Source: Trichechus inunguis (lineage: Eukaryota). Taken from it: DNA of 64,000 nucleotides. Shown here piece after piece: positions 33,176 to 46,861 of the stretch (within the stretch, counting starts at the first letter, position 1; the number at the start of each line of letters is the position of its first letter). The notes under the pieces were generated by a model. It was not told where the DNA came from. It was given only the letters and a program-made list of their open reading frames with translations, and did no database searches. The stretch lies in contig CM102164.1 in the NCBI GenBank assembly GCA_046562895.1, positions 32,843,842 to 32,907,841 on the forward strand, written 5' to 3'. A program made the translations under genes and the position numbers.

Positions 33176-33560
33176 GTGTATAGGATCATGTCATCTGCAA
33201 ATAGAAATATTTTTACTTCTTCCTTTCAGATATGGATACCTTTTACTTCTCTTTCTAGGGTTATTGCTCTGGCTAGGACTTCTAGCACAGTATTGAATAA
33301 GAGTAGTGATAATGGGCATCCTTGTTTTATTCCTGTTCTCAAAGGGAAGGTTCTTAGGCTTTCTCCATTGAGTATAATATTGACTGTTGATTTTGCATAT
33401 ATGCTGTTAATTATGTTGAGAAATTTCCCTTGTATTCCTATTTTGCTGAGGGTTTTTATTAGGAAAGGGTGTTGCATTTTATCAAATGACTTTTCTGCAT
33501 CAATTGATATGATCATATGGTTCTGTTGTTTAATTTATGTGGTGGATTACATTGATTGAT
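33176..33560 (-). pseudogene. L1 ORF2 RT-domain remnant within copy D
   Basis: Minus ORF 33226..33516 reads [37 protein letters not shown]. The overlapping plus ORF 33176..33559 (..[11 protein letters not shown]..) is its antisense artefact. Confidence 0.85.
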
Positions 33561-36500
33561 TTTCTAATGTTGAACAACCCTTGTAATCCTGGTATGAATC
33601 CCACTTGATTATAGAGGATTTTTTTGACATGTTGCTGAATTCTGTTTGCTAGAATTTTATTGAAAAAATTTCCTTCTATGTTTATGAGAGATACAGGTCT
33701 TTAATTTTTTTTTTGTTATGTCTTTGCCTGGGTTAGGTATCAGGGTTGTGCTGGTAGTGCTGGTAGTTCAGTAGTGTTCCTTCCTTTTTAATATTTTTGA
33801 AGAGATTGAATAGAATTGGTGTCAACTCTTCTCTGAATGTTTGTTACAATTCCCCAGTGTAGTCATCTAGTCCTGGGCTTTTTTTTTGTTGGTAGTGTTT
33901 TGATGACATCCTCAATCTCTTCTTTTGTAATGGGTCTATTTAGATTTTATACTTCTGTTTCTGTTAGTTTAGGTAGGTTGTGCGTTTCTAGGAATTTGTC
34001 CACTTCATCTATGTTTTCAAATTTGTTGGAGTACAATTTTTCATAGTAATCTGTAATGATCCTCTTTGTTGGATTGGTTGTAATGTCTCCAGTTTCATTC
34101 TTAATTTGGTTATTTGCTTCTTCTGTTTTCTTCTTTTGTCAGTTTAGCCAATGGTTTGTCTGTTTTATTGATCCTTTCAAAGAACCAACTTTTGGTTTTG
34201 TTGATTCTTTCTACTGTTTTTCTATTTCCTCTGTTTCTGCTCTGATCTTTATTATTTTTTTTTTCTGGTAGCTTTTGTCTTCTTTTGCTCTTCCTTTTCT
34301 ATTTGTTCAAGTTGTCTGTTTAAGTTATTGATTTTGGATCTGTTTTATTTTTTAATGTAGGCATTTATTGCTATGAATTTCCCTCTGAACACTGCTTTTG
34401 CTGTGTCCCAAAGGGTTTTTCTACGTTGTGCTTTCATTTTTGTTTGATTCTAAGTATTGTTTTAATTTCACTTTTGATTTCTTCTATGACCCAATAGTTT
34501 TTTTTTCTTTAGTAGTGTATTATTTAGTTTCCATGTATTCACTTTTTCCTTTATTTTTCCCTTTGTTGATTTCTAGCTTCATACCACTATGGTCTGACAA
34601 GATGTTTTGTATGATTTCAATCTTTTTTAAGTTTGTTGAGGCTTGTTTTGTGTCCTAGAAGATGATCTATTCTGGAAAACAATCCATGTGCTCTAGAGAA
34701 AAAATGTGTATTGTTCTGTTGCTGGGTGGAGTGTTGTATACATGTCCATTAGGTTAAATTGGATTATGGTTTTATTAAGTTCTCAATGTCCTTAGTGATC
34801 TTCTTTTTAGATGTACTGTCTAGAATTGAAAGTGGTGTGTTGAAGCCTCCTACTATTATTATGGAGCTGTCTGTTTATCCTTTCATATCAGTCAGTATTT
34901 GATATATTTTGGAGCATTGCTGTTTGGTGCATATATATTTATAATTGTTATGTCTTCTTGCTGGGTTGACCCTTTTATTATTATGTAATGACCTTCTTTT
35001 TCTCTTGTAATATATTTTGATTTAAAGTCTATTTTATCTGATATCAGTATTGCCACACTTGCTCTTTTTTGTTTACTGGTTGCATGGAATATTTTTTCCA
35101 TTCTTTTATTTTCAGTCTATTTGTGTCCTTATGTCTAAGTTGTCTAAGATGTGTTTGTTGTAGACATCAAAAGGATGGATCATTTTTTTAAATCCATTCT
35201 GCTACTCTCTTCCTTTTGCATGAGGAGTTTAGCCAATTTACATTTATGTTATTACTGAAAATGAAGTGCCTACATCATTCAGTTTGCTTTTTTTTATTTT
35301 TCGAGTTTCATATCTTCTTTTTTTAATTCACATTTTTCCTTTTTGCTTGTATTTGGATGTGTTCTTGTGATGAGACTTTTTGCTTACTTCCTTCTTACCT
35401 TCTGTGCATTTTTTTTGTGGTGATTTCTTAGTGGTTACCACATGTATTATATTACACAGCTTACAATGGTGACAACATTTAACATATGAACAACAGATAA
35501 CAAACAATGTTAACATATTAAATCTATTCCTGATATGCTTCTCTCTCCCCCATTTCTGTAGCTAGGTCTCCATTAACATCATTGTACATCCTATATGTGA
35601 TAGGTTCACTTTGTACTTATTTCTTTTGCACTTGATGTTGTATTGTTTGCAGGGTTATATTATTGAGTTTATTACCTGAGAATATCATGTATTTGGTCCT
35701 TATGATTGCTCATGTAGTTGAGTTTTTTGGAGATCTCTTATTTTTTCCCTGTGTGTAGAATCAAGTATTTGTTTAATGTTCTCACCTTTCCACTTGGAGA
35801 ACTCCCTTAAGTAATACTTTCAGGGCTGGTCTACTAATGGCAAATTCCCAGAGCTTCTGTTTATTTGGGAACGTCTTGATTTCCCCCTAGTTTTTGAACG
35901 ACAACGTTGCTGGGTAAAGAAATCTTGGTTGGCAATTATTTTCGTTCAGTATTTTATATATGTTGCTCCATTATCTTCTGGTCTGTAGAGTTTCTGGGGA
36001 GAAATTTGCACTGATTCTTATGAAGAACTGTTGGCATGTTATATTCTGTTTTTCTCTTGCTGCTTTTAGAATTCTCTCCTTGTCTTTGGTTTCCAGCAAT
36101 TTTAGTAGGATGTGGTGCAGAGTTGATCTTTTTGTATTTCTTCTAATTGGGTAGCTTTATGTATTCCCAGGCTTTGTTCTCTATTCTGGGAAATTCTCCC
36201 TTGGAAAATTCTTTCTATACCTCTATTGTTATCATGGTGCCTTGGAATTCCAATAATTCTAATGCTACTTTTCTTAATTGAATCCCATATTTCTATTTGG
36301 ATTTGTTCCCTTTTCTTTGTTCTTTTCTCTTGTTTTTCTTGAGACTTGATAAATTCAGTTATTCTGTCTTCTAGTTTACTTATTCAAACTTTTGTCTGAT
36401 TGACTCTATTGTTGAGTATTTCTCTTGATTTTTCTAATTATTTGCTTTATTCTTCAGTTCCACTAGTTCTCTTTTTTTTTTTTATGTTTTCAGTTTTCTT

Positions 36501-36841
36501 GTTGAGTCTCTCATTTTGTTTCTCCATTTCTTTCCTGATCTCTGTTAGTTTGTTTTCTGTGTGCTTTTTGCTTTCTTTAAACATATTTAGCACCATTGTT
36601 TGAAAATTTTCTATTTTTTGCATTAACCTGGACTCCATAGTAGAAATTTCTTCTTCTCCAGATTTTCCATTAGATTGGTCCTTCTTCTCTTGTGATTTTG
36701 TGGGGTTTTTTTTTTTTTTTTTACTTTTTTTTGTTGAACTTCGGCCATTTTGATATCTTTTTCATGAATAGTTTAAGTTCTGTTTTCTGATTTTTGTGGA
36801 AAAGTTTTCTGATTATGCTTGGTTGATTCAGCTCTGCTATA

Positions 36842-36990
36842 TGGAGCCCTGGTGGTATGGTAGTTAGGTGTTCCCAGCTGCAAATCAGAAGGTCAGCTGT
36901 TCAAATCCACACGCCACTCCTTGGAAACCTTGGGCAGTTTTACTGTGTCCTATAGGGTTGCTATCAGTCTGAGTCAACTCGACTGTATTT
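36842..36990 (+). mobile_element. AfroSINE nested in the 5' region of L1 copy D
   Basis: ggagccctggtggtatggtagttaggtgttcccagctgcaaatcagaaggtcagctgttcaaatccacacgccactccttggaaaccttgggcagttttactgtgtcctatagggttgctatcagtctgagtcaactcgactgta. Confidence 0.85.
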
Positions 36991-39894
36991 TTTTGGTTTA
37001 TATTCTTCTAAGAACCACTGGAGAGCACTCTTATCCTTAGGTTTTTTTCAGTGCTGATTCAGGAGTTTTGGATGCTTGGCTCCTGGAGTTCAATATGTAT
37101 GTGTGGGGGATTTTAGCTGGCCACAGACACTGATGTAAGTGGTGGTGTTTGACTTTCCCATGGCGAAGATGGGAAGTGTTCTGTCTTTCTCTCATGGGCA
37201 ACCCTGCATAGGCTCTCCCACGGTTCCCCGCTGTGGGCAAGGAGTCGGCCATTTCCCTCTGTGTTGCCCATCTGGAGTATCTCTCACTCACTGGTGACTT
37301 TTCAGCCCCTCCCAGGCCTAGTGTCCATCCATTTTTAGTCCTGGTGAGATTCAACAGCCCCCTCTCACAGTGTCACATTCTCCCCTTTCTCCCTCCCAAG
37401 TGCACAGCTTGCAAACTCCTACTGCCTATCTGCACAGCCTTAAAAATCAGGCTATAGCTTCCTCAGTTAAGCTCCTGTTCTGTGTTCTTTGTTCACGGTG
37501 TTGCCTGACCCCATCCCAAGATAACTGCAACGAGCAAGTGCTCTAGATTTTAGTGGGTAGATTCTCCCAGCTTCTGTGTTACGCTACTCGTCCTTGCCCC
37601 TGTTTCTGGACTCACCTTGACTTTCCAATACCTCAGCTGCTGTCCAGAGTTCTGAGATCTCATTCTGTGTTTGTTTTTATTCATTGTTCAGTGGGTTAGT
37701 TGCTAGGAGATAAATGAGAGGATAAATGACAACTCACTTTGCCATTTGTCCCGCCTCTCTCCGCTTGGAGATTTTTATCAGGCTAACCACAAAGCCCAGG
37801 ATCTTTGCTCTTAGATGTCCCCCTTTCTTAGACACACTTTATCCCCAGGATTTAAAGACATCTCTTCAGAACCCTTTTCTCATACACTCTCTGTCTCTGT
37901 GAGACTGTCTGGGGTTTTTCTCTGTGTCTCCCAGCACCTTCCCATCTGAAAAGTTAGCCCAAGCTGCTGTGTATAGTTAGTTAGTCAGGGCACAAGCTTA
38001 TGCTCTACCATTCACATTGTAGAATAGGGGAATGGTGACCTCTAGCCTTGGGTGCTACAAACCCCTCACAATTCTACACTGATGCTGTACTTCTGCAATC
38101 ATCTCATAGGCTTGGTTTTATGAAGCAGCACACACAGGGCCTGGGAAATCCTAACAGCTGCCAAGTCTGCCACCAGGTGAACAGGAGAAATTAATGGTAT
38201 AGTCTCTAATGCCAGGATTTTTTTGGTGTAGAAAATAGAGAATAGGGATATATAGTCCACACTCTCTGACTGGTAATTCAAAATGGTGGAACAACTCTTC
38301 TCTAGTTACTAATGATAAAGAAAGTGATGCACAGGTTAGATCAAGATGAAAAGAAACACAAAGTCTGAACTACAATAAGATGGTTCCTCACAATCTTGAA
38401 CTGCTACCAACTACAGTCTGGTTTCCATAATAGGGAAAAGTAGAAATTCATCTGCAATATTATCTTGGAGGTGGAAGCCTTCTGGGAGCACATATAGAGT
38501 GGAATGATGTGAAGCTCCTTTGGTGTGAAAAATCTTTAAGCACCGTTTCTCAGTTCTTTCAGAAGAGACTTTTAACCTTTAACTATGTGCTTTCAACTTG
38601 TCAGAGATATTACATCAAGCTGCTTTTTCAGCTCCTCCAATTAACTCCTATAGCACCCTCCACTCCCTCTATCTTCTTTGCATTATTTGCAAAAGAGAAA
38701 ACTGTCTTATGAGGTTTCCATCATAAAGACAGTGAAATCATCAACACCCACCCCTCAGTCCATCCACACCCTGCTTGGACATGGACAGAATGTAATAATC
38801 CCTGGCATAGTCATTTCTCTTCCTTTCTTAAAATTAAAGGTGTTGACTTTTCTCTCAATTGTAAGAATTACTATGAGATCAGATGGGTTTTCTTTGACTA
38901 ACTTCGGAAAATCAAGTTCAGTCAAATCTTGTTTTGAAAGAGTGTTTGCCTTTTCCAAAGCTATGCCCTCCATGTTTCCAGCCTATTCTTCATCCCATTG
39001 TCCCGCCTTCCCTGGTGCACTGACCCATATTTACTTGGTACACTAGTTTCCTTCACTGCCTGACAACCATCCTCTTCTCAATCCACCAAGCCACTATTGA
39101 ATACAGAGACATTGGCATGCATAGAAGAACTCTAAAGCACCAAAGGTGAACAGGCTGAGTAGGACTGAGATAGGGCACAAAATCAAAGAGACATCCAGTA
39201 AGAAATACTGAGTTTATTTTTACCAAGGAAAGAACAAGAATCATGAGTGGCATTGCATTTAAAGACGAAGTCAGTGATCCTCAATTTTAGCTGTAACTCA
39301 AGACCACCTGTGAAGCTTCATAAATATGTAGGTTCTTGGATCTTGAAGATTCTGATTCAGGAGATCAGGGTGAGATATATATTTCTGTACTAAAGAAAAA
39401 GAAAAATTTCATACATTCTGATGTTTAGCCAAGATTTATAAATTATTGAAATAAATTAATGACTTTAGGATGAGACCAATGGGTGAGGGCCAAGTAGTGG
39501 TGTTACCTTATTGATCCATTTTAAAGATAAAAGCAATTAGCTATATTTATCATTCTGCCTAGATGCAGGAGATAGACTAATGACCCCTGAAGGGTTTTTA
39601 TCATTCGGAGTTTTCCAAGTACATACCTTGTGTTATTTAGGTAAGACCAGAACCTGGTACATTCAAAGGCATTATAATCTACTTTGGCATGTGCTATTTC
39701 AGATAGAATTGACACATTCATAGAATATAGGAGTCGTAAGATATCTTAGTGGTCATAGTGTATAGTCCCTTCTCCATTTGGTGCATGAACACCACCTTCA
39801 ATATCTCCTTCAGTTCATGTTCTGCCTGTTTTTTTGAATTTATTAGAGCGAGTTATTTGATCATTAGTAACTTGTAGATTTTAGAGATTAGACC

Positions 39895-42800
39895 ATTGTT
39901 GGATTCGTAATAGCCCAATTTTTTTTCCCAGTCAGTAGATTCTCTTTTTACTCTTTTGGTGAAGTCTTTTGATGAGCATAAGTGTTTAATTTTTAGAAGA
40001 TCCTAGTTATATAGCTTATCTTCTGGGGTTTGTGTGTTGTTGGTTATGGTTTGTATCCTGTTAATGCTGTGTATTAGGACCTCTAGTGTTGATCCTATCT
40101 TTTCTTCTATGAACTTTATAGCATTTGGCTTTATATTTCTGTCTTTGATACATTGTGAATTACGTTTTGTGTATGGTGTGAGATATGGGTCCTGTTTCAT
40201 TTTTTTGCAGACGGGCATCCAGTTTTGCCAGCACCATTTGTTAAAAAGACTGTTCCCCATTTGATGGACTTTGGGCCCCTGTCGAAGATTAGGTGACGGT
40301 AGGTGGATGAATTTACATCTGGGTTCTCAATCTGTTCCATTGGTCAATGTATCTGTCATTGTACCAGTACCAGGCTGTTTTGACTACCATACCTGTATGG
40401 TAGGTTCTGAGGTCAGGTAGTGTGAGCCCTCCTACTTTATTCTGCTTCTTCAATACTGCTTTGCTTAATCGGGGCTTCTTCCCTTTCCATATGAAGTTAA
40501 TGATTAGTTTTTCCATCTCTTTAAAGAATGTTGTTAGTATTTGGATCTGGATTGCATTGTAGTTGTAGACTGCTTTGGGTAGAATTGTCATTTTCACAAT
40601 GTTGAGTCTACCTATCCAGATCATGGTATGTTTTTCCATTTATGTAGATCTCTTTTGGTTTCTTGCAGTACTGTTTTGTAGTTATCTTTGTATAGTTCTT
40701 TTACATCCTTGGTTAGATTTATTCCTAAGTATTTTATTTTTTTAGGGGTTATTATAAATGGTATTGTTTTCCTGATTTCCTTTTCATCATTCTCTTTATT
40801 GGTGTATAGGAATCCAACTGATTTTTGTATGTTTATCTTGTATCCTGCTCCTCTGCTGAAACTTTCTATTAGTTCCAGTAGATTTCTCATTAAGTCTTTA
40901 GGGTTTTCTATGTATATTAGCATATCATCCACAAATACAGATAGTTGAAATTCTTCTTTACCAATTTGGATGCCCTTTATTTCTTTTTCTTGCCTTATTG
41001 CTCTAGCTAAGACTTCCAGCACTATGTTAAAGAGGAGTGGTGATAAAGGGCATCCTTGTCTTGTTCCTGTTCTCAAGGGGAATGTTTTCAGTCTCTCTCC
41101 ATTAAGAATGATTTTTGCCATTGGTTTTGCATAGATGTCCTTTATTATGTTGAGAAATTTCCCTTCTATACCTATTTTATTGAGTTTTTTTAATCAGGAT
41201 AGGGTGTTGGACTTTGTTGAATGCCTTTTCTGCATCATTTGAGATAATCATGTGATTCTTTTCCTTCCTTTTGTTTATGTGGTGGATTATGTTGATTGAT
41301 TTTCTAATGTTGAACCATGCTTGCATACCTGCTATGAATCCTACTTGGTTATGGTGTATTATTTTTTTGATATGATGCTGAATTCTATTGGCTAGAATTT
41401 TGTTGAGAATTTTTGCATCTATATTTATGAGAGATTCTGGTCTCTAATTTTCTTTTTTGGTGGTGTCTTTGCCTGGTTTTGGTATCAGGGTTATGCTGGC
41501 TTCATAGAATGAATTCAGAAGTGTTGCTTCCTTTTGTATGTTGTGAAGTAGTTTGAGTAGTACTGGTGTAAACTCTTTGAATGTTTGGTAGAATTCTCCG
41601 GTGAAGCCATCTGGGTCAGGGCTCTTTTTTTGTTGTTGTTGTTGGGAGTTTTTTTTTTTATTACCTTTTCAATCTCTCCTCTTGTTATGGGTCTGTTCAG
41701 ATTTTCAACATCACTTTGTTATAGTTTGAGTAGGTAGTGTGTTTCTGGAAATTTATCCATTTCCTCTAGGTTGTCAAATTTGTTAAGAGTATAGTTTTTC
41801 ATAATATTCTGTTATGATCGTTTTTATTTCAGATGGGTCTATTGTAATGTCCCCCATTTCATTACTTATTTGGGTTATTTGCATCCTCTCCTGTTTTTCT
41901 TTTGTCAGTTTGGCCAATGATTTGTCGATTTTGTTGATCCTTTCAAAGAACCAACTTTTGGTCATGTTGATTCTTTCTATTGTTTTTCTATTCTCTATTT
42001 CATTTATTTCTGCTCTGATCTTTATTATTTCCTTTTTCTGGTGGGTGTGGGCTTTTTCTGCTGTTTTCTTTCCATTTGTTCGAGTTGTGAAGTTAATGTT
42101 TTGATTTTGTCCCTTTCTTTTTTGATATGTGTATCTATTGCTATAAATTGTCCTCTGAGGACTACCTTTGCTGTGTCCCAAAGGTTTTGGTATGATGTGC
42201 ATTCATTCTCATTTGATTCTAGGAATTTTTTGACTCCATCTGATTTCTTCTATTACCCAGTGGTTTGTAAGCAGGGCGTTATTCAGTTTCCATGTAACTG
42301 ATTTTTTTTTTCCTTGCTCTTCCTGTTGTTAATTTCTACCTTGATGGTGTTGTGGTCAGAGAAGATACTTTATATTATCTCAGTGTTTTGGATTTTGTTG
42401 AGGGTTGCTCTGTAGCCTAAGATGTGATTTATTCTGGAGAATGTTCCATGTGCTTTGGAAAAGAATGTGTACTTTGTAGCTGTTGGGTGGAATGTTCTAT
42501 ATATGTATATGAGGTCAAGTTGGCTGATTGTGCCCTTTAGGTCTTCTGCATCTTTGTTGAGTTTCTTTCTAGATGTTCTGTCCTTTACTGAGAGTGGTGT
42601 GTTGAAGTTTCCTACTATTATTGTGGAACTGTCAATTTCTCTTTTCAGTGGCATTAGAGTTTGTTTTATGTGTTTTGGAGCCCTGTCATTGGGTGCGTAG
42701 ATGTTTATTATGGTTATGTCTTCATGCTGGATCATCCCTTTAATCATGATATAGTGCCCTTCTTTGTATTTTATGGTGGATTTTGTTTTAAAGTCTATTT

Positions 42801-45800
42801 TATCTGAGATTAGTATTGCCACTCCTGCTCTTTTTTGGTAACTGTTTTCTTGATATATTTTTTCCATCCTTTGATTTTTAATAAATTTACCTCTTTGTTT
42901 CTAAGATGTGTCTCTTATAGACAGCATATTGATGGCTCCTGTTTTTTCAATCCATTCTGTCACTCTCCGTCTCTTTATGGGTGCATTTAAATATATTCAG
43001 TATAATTATTGATAGGTGCGAGTTTATTGCTGTCATTTTGTAGTGCTTTTTTTTGTGGTGCTAACGTTTTCTTTGTTCCTGTTAGTCTCCTGTGCTGAAT
43101 TCCTTTTGTGTGTAAATTTTTTTCATTTCTTTTTTTTGTGTATTTTGTTTTTACTGAGACTTTATGTTTTTCTTCTTTATTTTGATGAGTAGGTTTGTTA
43201 ACTGTCTTTGTGGTTACCTTGAAATTTACCCTTATCTTCCTGGGTTTGAACCAGTCTATTATTACTTGGTATAGCCTTGCCTTCCTCTCCTTTAGAAGGT
43301 TCTACACCTACACAATTTATTCCCTTTTTTTAAAAAATTGTTCTCATGTTGTTGTCATTTACAGATTAACCTCTCTGTTTCCCTGTTGTAATTCTTTTTG
43401 TTTTGGATGGTCCTTGAGAGTTCATTTCCTAGGTTGGTATCTGGCTGGTATGATCCTGCATCCTAGATGCAGCCTGTGTTCTAATGTTGTTCATTCTCAG
43501 ACTGAAGGACTCCCTTTAATAATTCTTGTAAGTTTGGTTTGGTTTTTACATAATCCCTTAATTTCTGTTTATCTGGAAATGTCCTAATTTCACCATCAGG
43601 TTTTAATGAGAGTTTTGCAGGATATATTATTCTTGGCTGGCAATATTTTTCTTTCTAAGTTTTATATATGTCATCCCATTGCCTTCTTGGCTGCATGGTT
43701 TCTGCTGAATAATCCGAGCTCAGTCTTATTGTTTCTCCTCTGTATGTAACTTTTAGTTCTCTTGAGCTGCTCTCAGTATTCTTTCTTTGTCTTTGTTTTT
43801 CGTGTGTGTGATTATGATATGCGTGGTGATTTTCTTTTGGGATCTATCCTATATGGGGTTCTTTGAGTTTTTGGGGTGGTCGGCTTTTCATCTTTCATGA
43901 TATTGGGGAAGTTTTCTGTCAGCAATTCTTCAATGATCCTCTCTGTGTTTTCTGTTTTCTCCCCCTGTTCTTGAACTCCGATCACTCTCAAATTTTTGCT
44001 TTTGGTTTTATCCCACCTAATTCTCAAGGTTTCTTCGTTTTTCTTTGGTCTTTTTTCTGATTTTTCTTCAGAGTTGTATCCAAGTACTGGTCTTCAATAT
44101 CGCTGACCCTGTCTTCTATCATATTCAAACCTGCTCCTCAGCCCTTCTATGACACTGTCCATTTCTGAAATCTAGTAGTTTGTCTTTTGGATTTCTAATT
44201 GTTGTTTTTGTATGATTTCTAGTTATGAATTTATTTTGGCATTTTGTTCTTGTATTATTTTCCTGAATTCCACTTTTTGTCTGTATTTTCCATGAATTTG
44301 TCTGCCTTTTCCATGAATTTGTCTATTTTTTCCTCATTTTTGTCTGCTTTTTGCTTCAACTCTTGGATAATTCTGAGTATTAGAGATTTGAATTCCCTAT
44401 CAGGTAGTTCTAGTGCCTTTTCTTCTACTGGAAATTCATCTGATGTTTTATTTTGGAAGGCTACTGGAACCATCCTGTCCTGTTTTTTTTTTTTTTTAAT
44501 ATGTTTTCATATTGTCTGCTGTCTTCAGGACATGCAGTAGTTATTTTCTTCATTTATTGAGTGTAGTTTTTTTTTGTCCTGCTTTTTGTTTTATTTGGTT
44601 ATATCTGATCAGGTGGGCTGTGCGTTCTTGTTTGCTTGTCTGTGGGCATGATACTTTTCACCTCCTTGTCCAACTGGCAGGACCAGTCACTCAACTGTGG
44701 TGCAGCAAGTCAGGCCCAGATGAAGGGGAGTTGCTGGGATGGATTGTTTGTGAACCAGGACTCAGTGCAGGGCAGGTTCCAGTAGGTCATGCCTGTGCTG
44801 CTCAGGAGTGTGGTATTCTGTGCATGGTGCAGTAGGCAAGAAGGGGGGGGGGAGATTGTGATGTGTGGAGCTAAGATAGGTATGGGAAAGGGGGCAGAGA
44901 GGAGAGAGAAACAGGGGCCAAAAACAAACAAACAAAAAATAGTGCTAAGGGAGCTTGATGTTGGAGTGGAGAAATGAGAACCTAGAAATGGAGAAAAACA
45001 AAAAGAAAAAGGGTAAAAGAACAATGAATAAATGTTAGAGATAAAAAAGAGAAAAAAAGCTCCCAGGGATCCCACCTGTGCAGCTGAAAAACTGGGAAGT
45101 GGCTCCCAGGCCGTGAAGTACAGCCTGGCTAGAAGGGGTAGAGGTGTCACACAGCACCAGGTATTCAGGAGACAGGAAGAAAAGGTAAGTATAGAGAGAC
45201 GAGAAACTGAGAAAGGAAGAGAGGGAAAAAGTGAAAAAGAGAGAAAAGAAAATGAAACAAACAACAACAAAACCAAAAAAAAAGGTAAAAGAAATGTTCT
45301 CAAGGATCACACTGTACACGGCTTTACAGGCTGAGGAAGTAGCTCCCCAGCAGTGCAGTACAGCTCAGCTAGAAGGGGCTCTCAATCCGAGAAAAGAAAA
45401 AGAAAACAAAGAAACAAGCAAATCAAAACAAAACAAAAACAAAAAAGAATCCCTGGGGATCCCACCAGTGTTGCAGTGCGAACTGGGAAGCAGTTACACA
45501 GAAGAGTGGTGTTTCACTGCCTTTCACGAAGAAGCAAAGGTGGCACACAGAGCCAGGTATTTGAGAGAAAGGAGGGGGAGGTGGTGAGAGTTATGGAAGA
45601 AACCAAAAGAAGCAGAGAAAAGTAACACCAGCAACCAACAAAAGGCACCCAGGCAGCCAGTCATTGTGGGTGGTGGAATCCCAGCAGCACAGGGCTGAAG
45701 CCTGTGCCTCCCAGCCAAGAGACTGTGGCCGCAGGAAGCAGAGGAGGCTAAGTGGGTGTGAAGAAGGGTGCGAGGTAGGAAGGCATATAGTGCTGGTTAC

Positions 45801-46118
45801 CAGTTGTTCTGGCTCCTGCTGGTAGTTCCGTGAAGCTACTTTCCTGTACTCGCTGTTAGCTGATCTCCGACAGGAGTCCAAGATGGTGAATCCGTGCTGT
45901 GTTAGCCAATAGGGGACCTCTGCACATATCTCTCCTGACTGTCTGTTCTCTGTCAGTTCCTTATTCCATTCTGTGCTTGGCTGAGTTCTTTATCTCTTCA
46001 TTTGATGTTTAGGGTTCCAGGATTGACTTTTGTCTCTGTTTGACTTAATTTTTTGGGTCTTTGCTGTGGAGTGATGTCATGGTGTTTCTATCTATAAGGC
46101 CACGTTGGCCAGAAGTCC
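39895..46118 (-). mobile_element. L1 copy C: ORF2 (lacking the C-terminal fifth and 3'UTR), inter-ORF, ORF1, and a full 5'UTR of the same subfamily as copy A
   Basis: Minus ORFs 40003..40260 (..[34 protein letters not shown]..), 40313..40639 (..MVVKTAWYWYNDRYIDQWNR), 40621..41121 (..[78 protein letters not shown]..; RT), 41783..42202 (..[23 protein letters not shown]), 42370..42867 (..[55 protein letters not shown]..; EN), and 43812..44027 / 44255..44473 (ORF1 RRM and coiled-coil). 5'UTR 44480-46118 with a purine-rich (plus strand) low-complexity tract 44850-45640. Confidence 0.8.
40621..41121 (-). pseudogene. L1 ORF2 reverse-transcriptase domain remnant (copy C), 166-aa open stretch
   Basis: Contains the RT motifs [17 protein letters not shown] and FVDDM (the FADD-box equivalent). 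The ORF is broken on both sides by frameshifts. Confidence 0.85.
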
Positions 46119-46861
46119 TGATCATTAGTAATTTCTGCCTCTCTTATGAACTAGATAGAATCAACTACAATAGAATCTGAAGCCCCTTCCTTGGCTTGTT
46201 ATCCAGAATCTGTCATTCATAGTAATTCTTTCAGCTGCCATCACTTATATCTTGCTGGCTGTTGTTCTTGTGAACACATTGCACTCAAAGTAGATCTATT
46301 CTTACTTCATTTGAATAAGGGGTGTGCCTCCAAGCCCTCCTCTCAAAACTTTACTATGACAGAGAGAGTGAGTCAAGTCAGGAGTGTGTGGTGCCTTCTT
46401 ATTTTACAGTGAGGAAATCCCACTCACCCAGAGATCATTCATGGGAATCCCAGTATCTGGAGACAGAGATCTAAGGTGTGTAAGACAGCAATTATGAGGA
46501 GGTGCCTATGACTCCTGAGCCTTTGGGTAACCTGCCATGTTTCCCATGGAAACATTATGGAAAAGTTTAACATGAGGTTCCATTCCTTCAGCTCAGCTCC
46601 CAAGAAGAAACTACCTAGCCTGAAGGGAGAAATTCCTTGTGGGTGAAGAGCTCTCTCTCTAAATATGTGCTGTGGATGAAGCATCAATCAACTTTAATAT
46701 ACTTAAACCTCACCACCCACCCTCAGCCTCTGTTCTCCAGACTAAACCTTACACTTTTTATATTTTTTCCTCTGGTTCAAGGGCATCCAAGAGGAAAATT
46801 CTCACAGTTTTTTAACCTTAGAGTCTTGATGGGAATATTTTAGATTAGTATAGCTCCTGAA

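Larger units (their letters stand above)
30296..37990 (-). mobile_element. L1 copy D, approximately full length (about 7 kb after removing two nested insertions): 3' terminus/UTR, complete but degenerate ORF2, ORF1, 5'UTR
   Basis: 3' terminus: poly-T 30296-30302 plus attgtccttttgatgaaagtttacacagcaag. 3'UTR 30395-31440, split by the family Y insertion. ORF2 antisense markers across 31560-35500, including minus ORFs 31686..31874 (..LEIEIPYDPAIPLLGIYARG..), 32236..32655 (..[50 protein letters not shown]..), 33226..33516 ([85 protein letters not shown]) and 34892..35101 (..KRASVAILISDKIDFKSKYITREKEGHYIIIKGSTQQEDITIINIYAPN; EN). ORF1 remnant 36447..36638 (..LTEIRKEMEKQNERLNKKTENIKKK; coiled-coil part). 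Putative 5'UTR to about 37990. Confidence 0.7.
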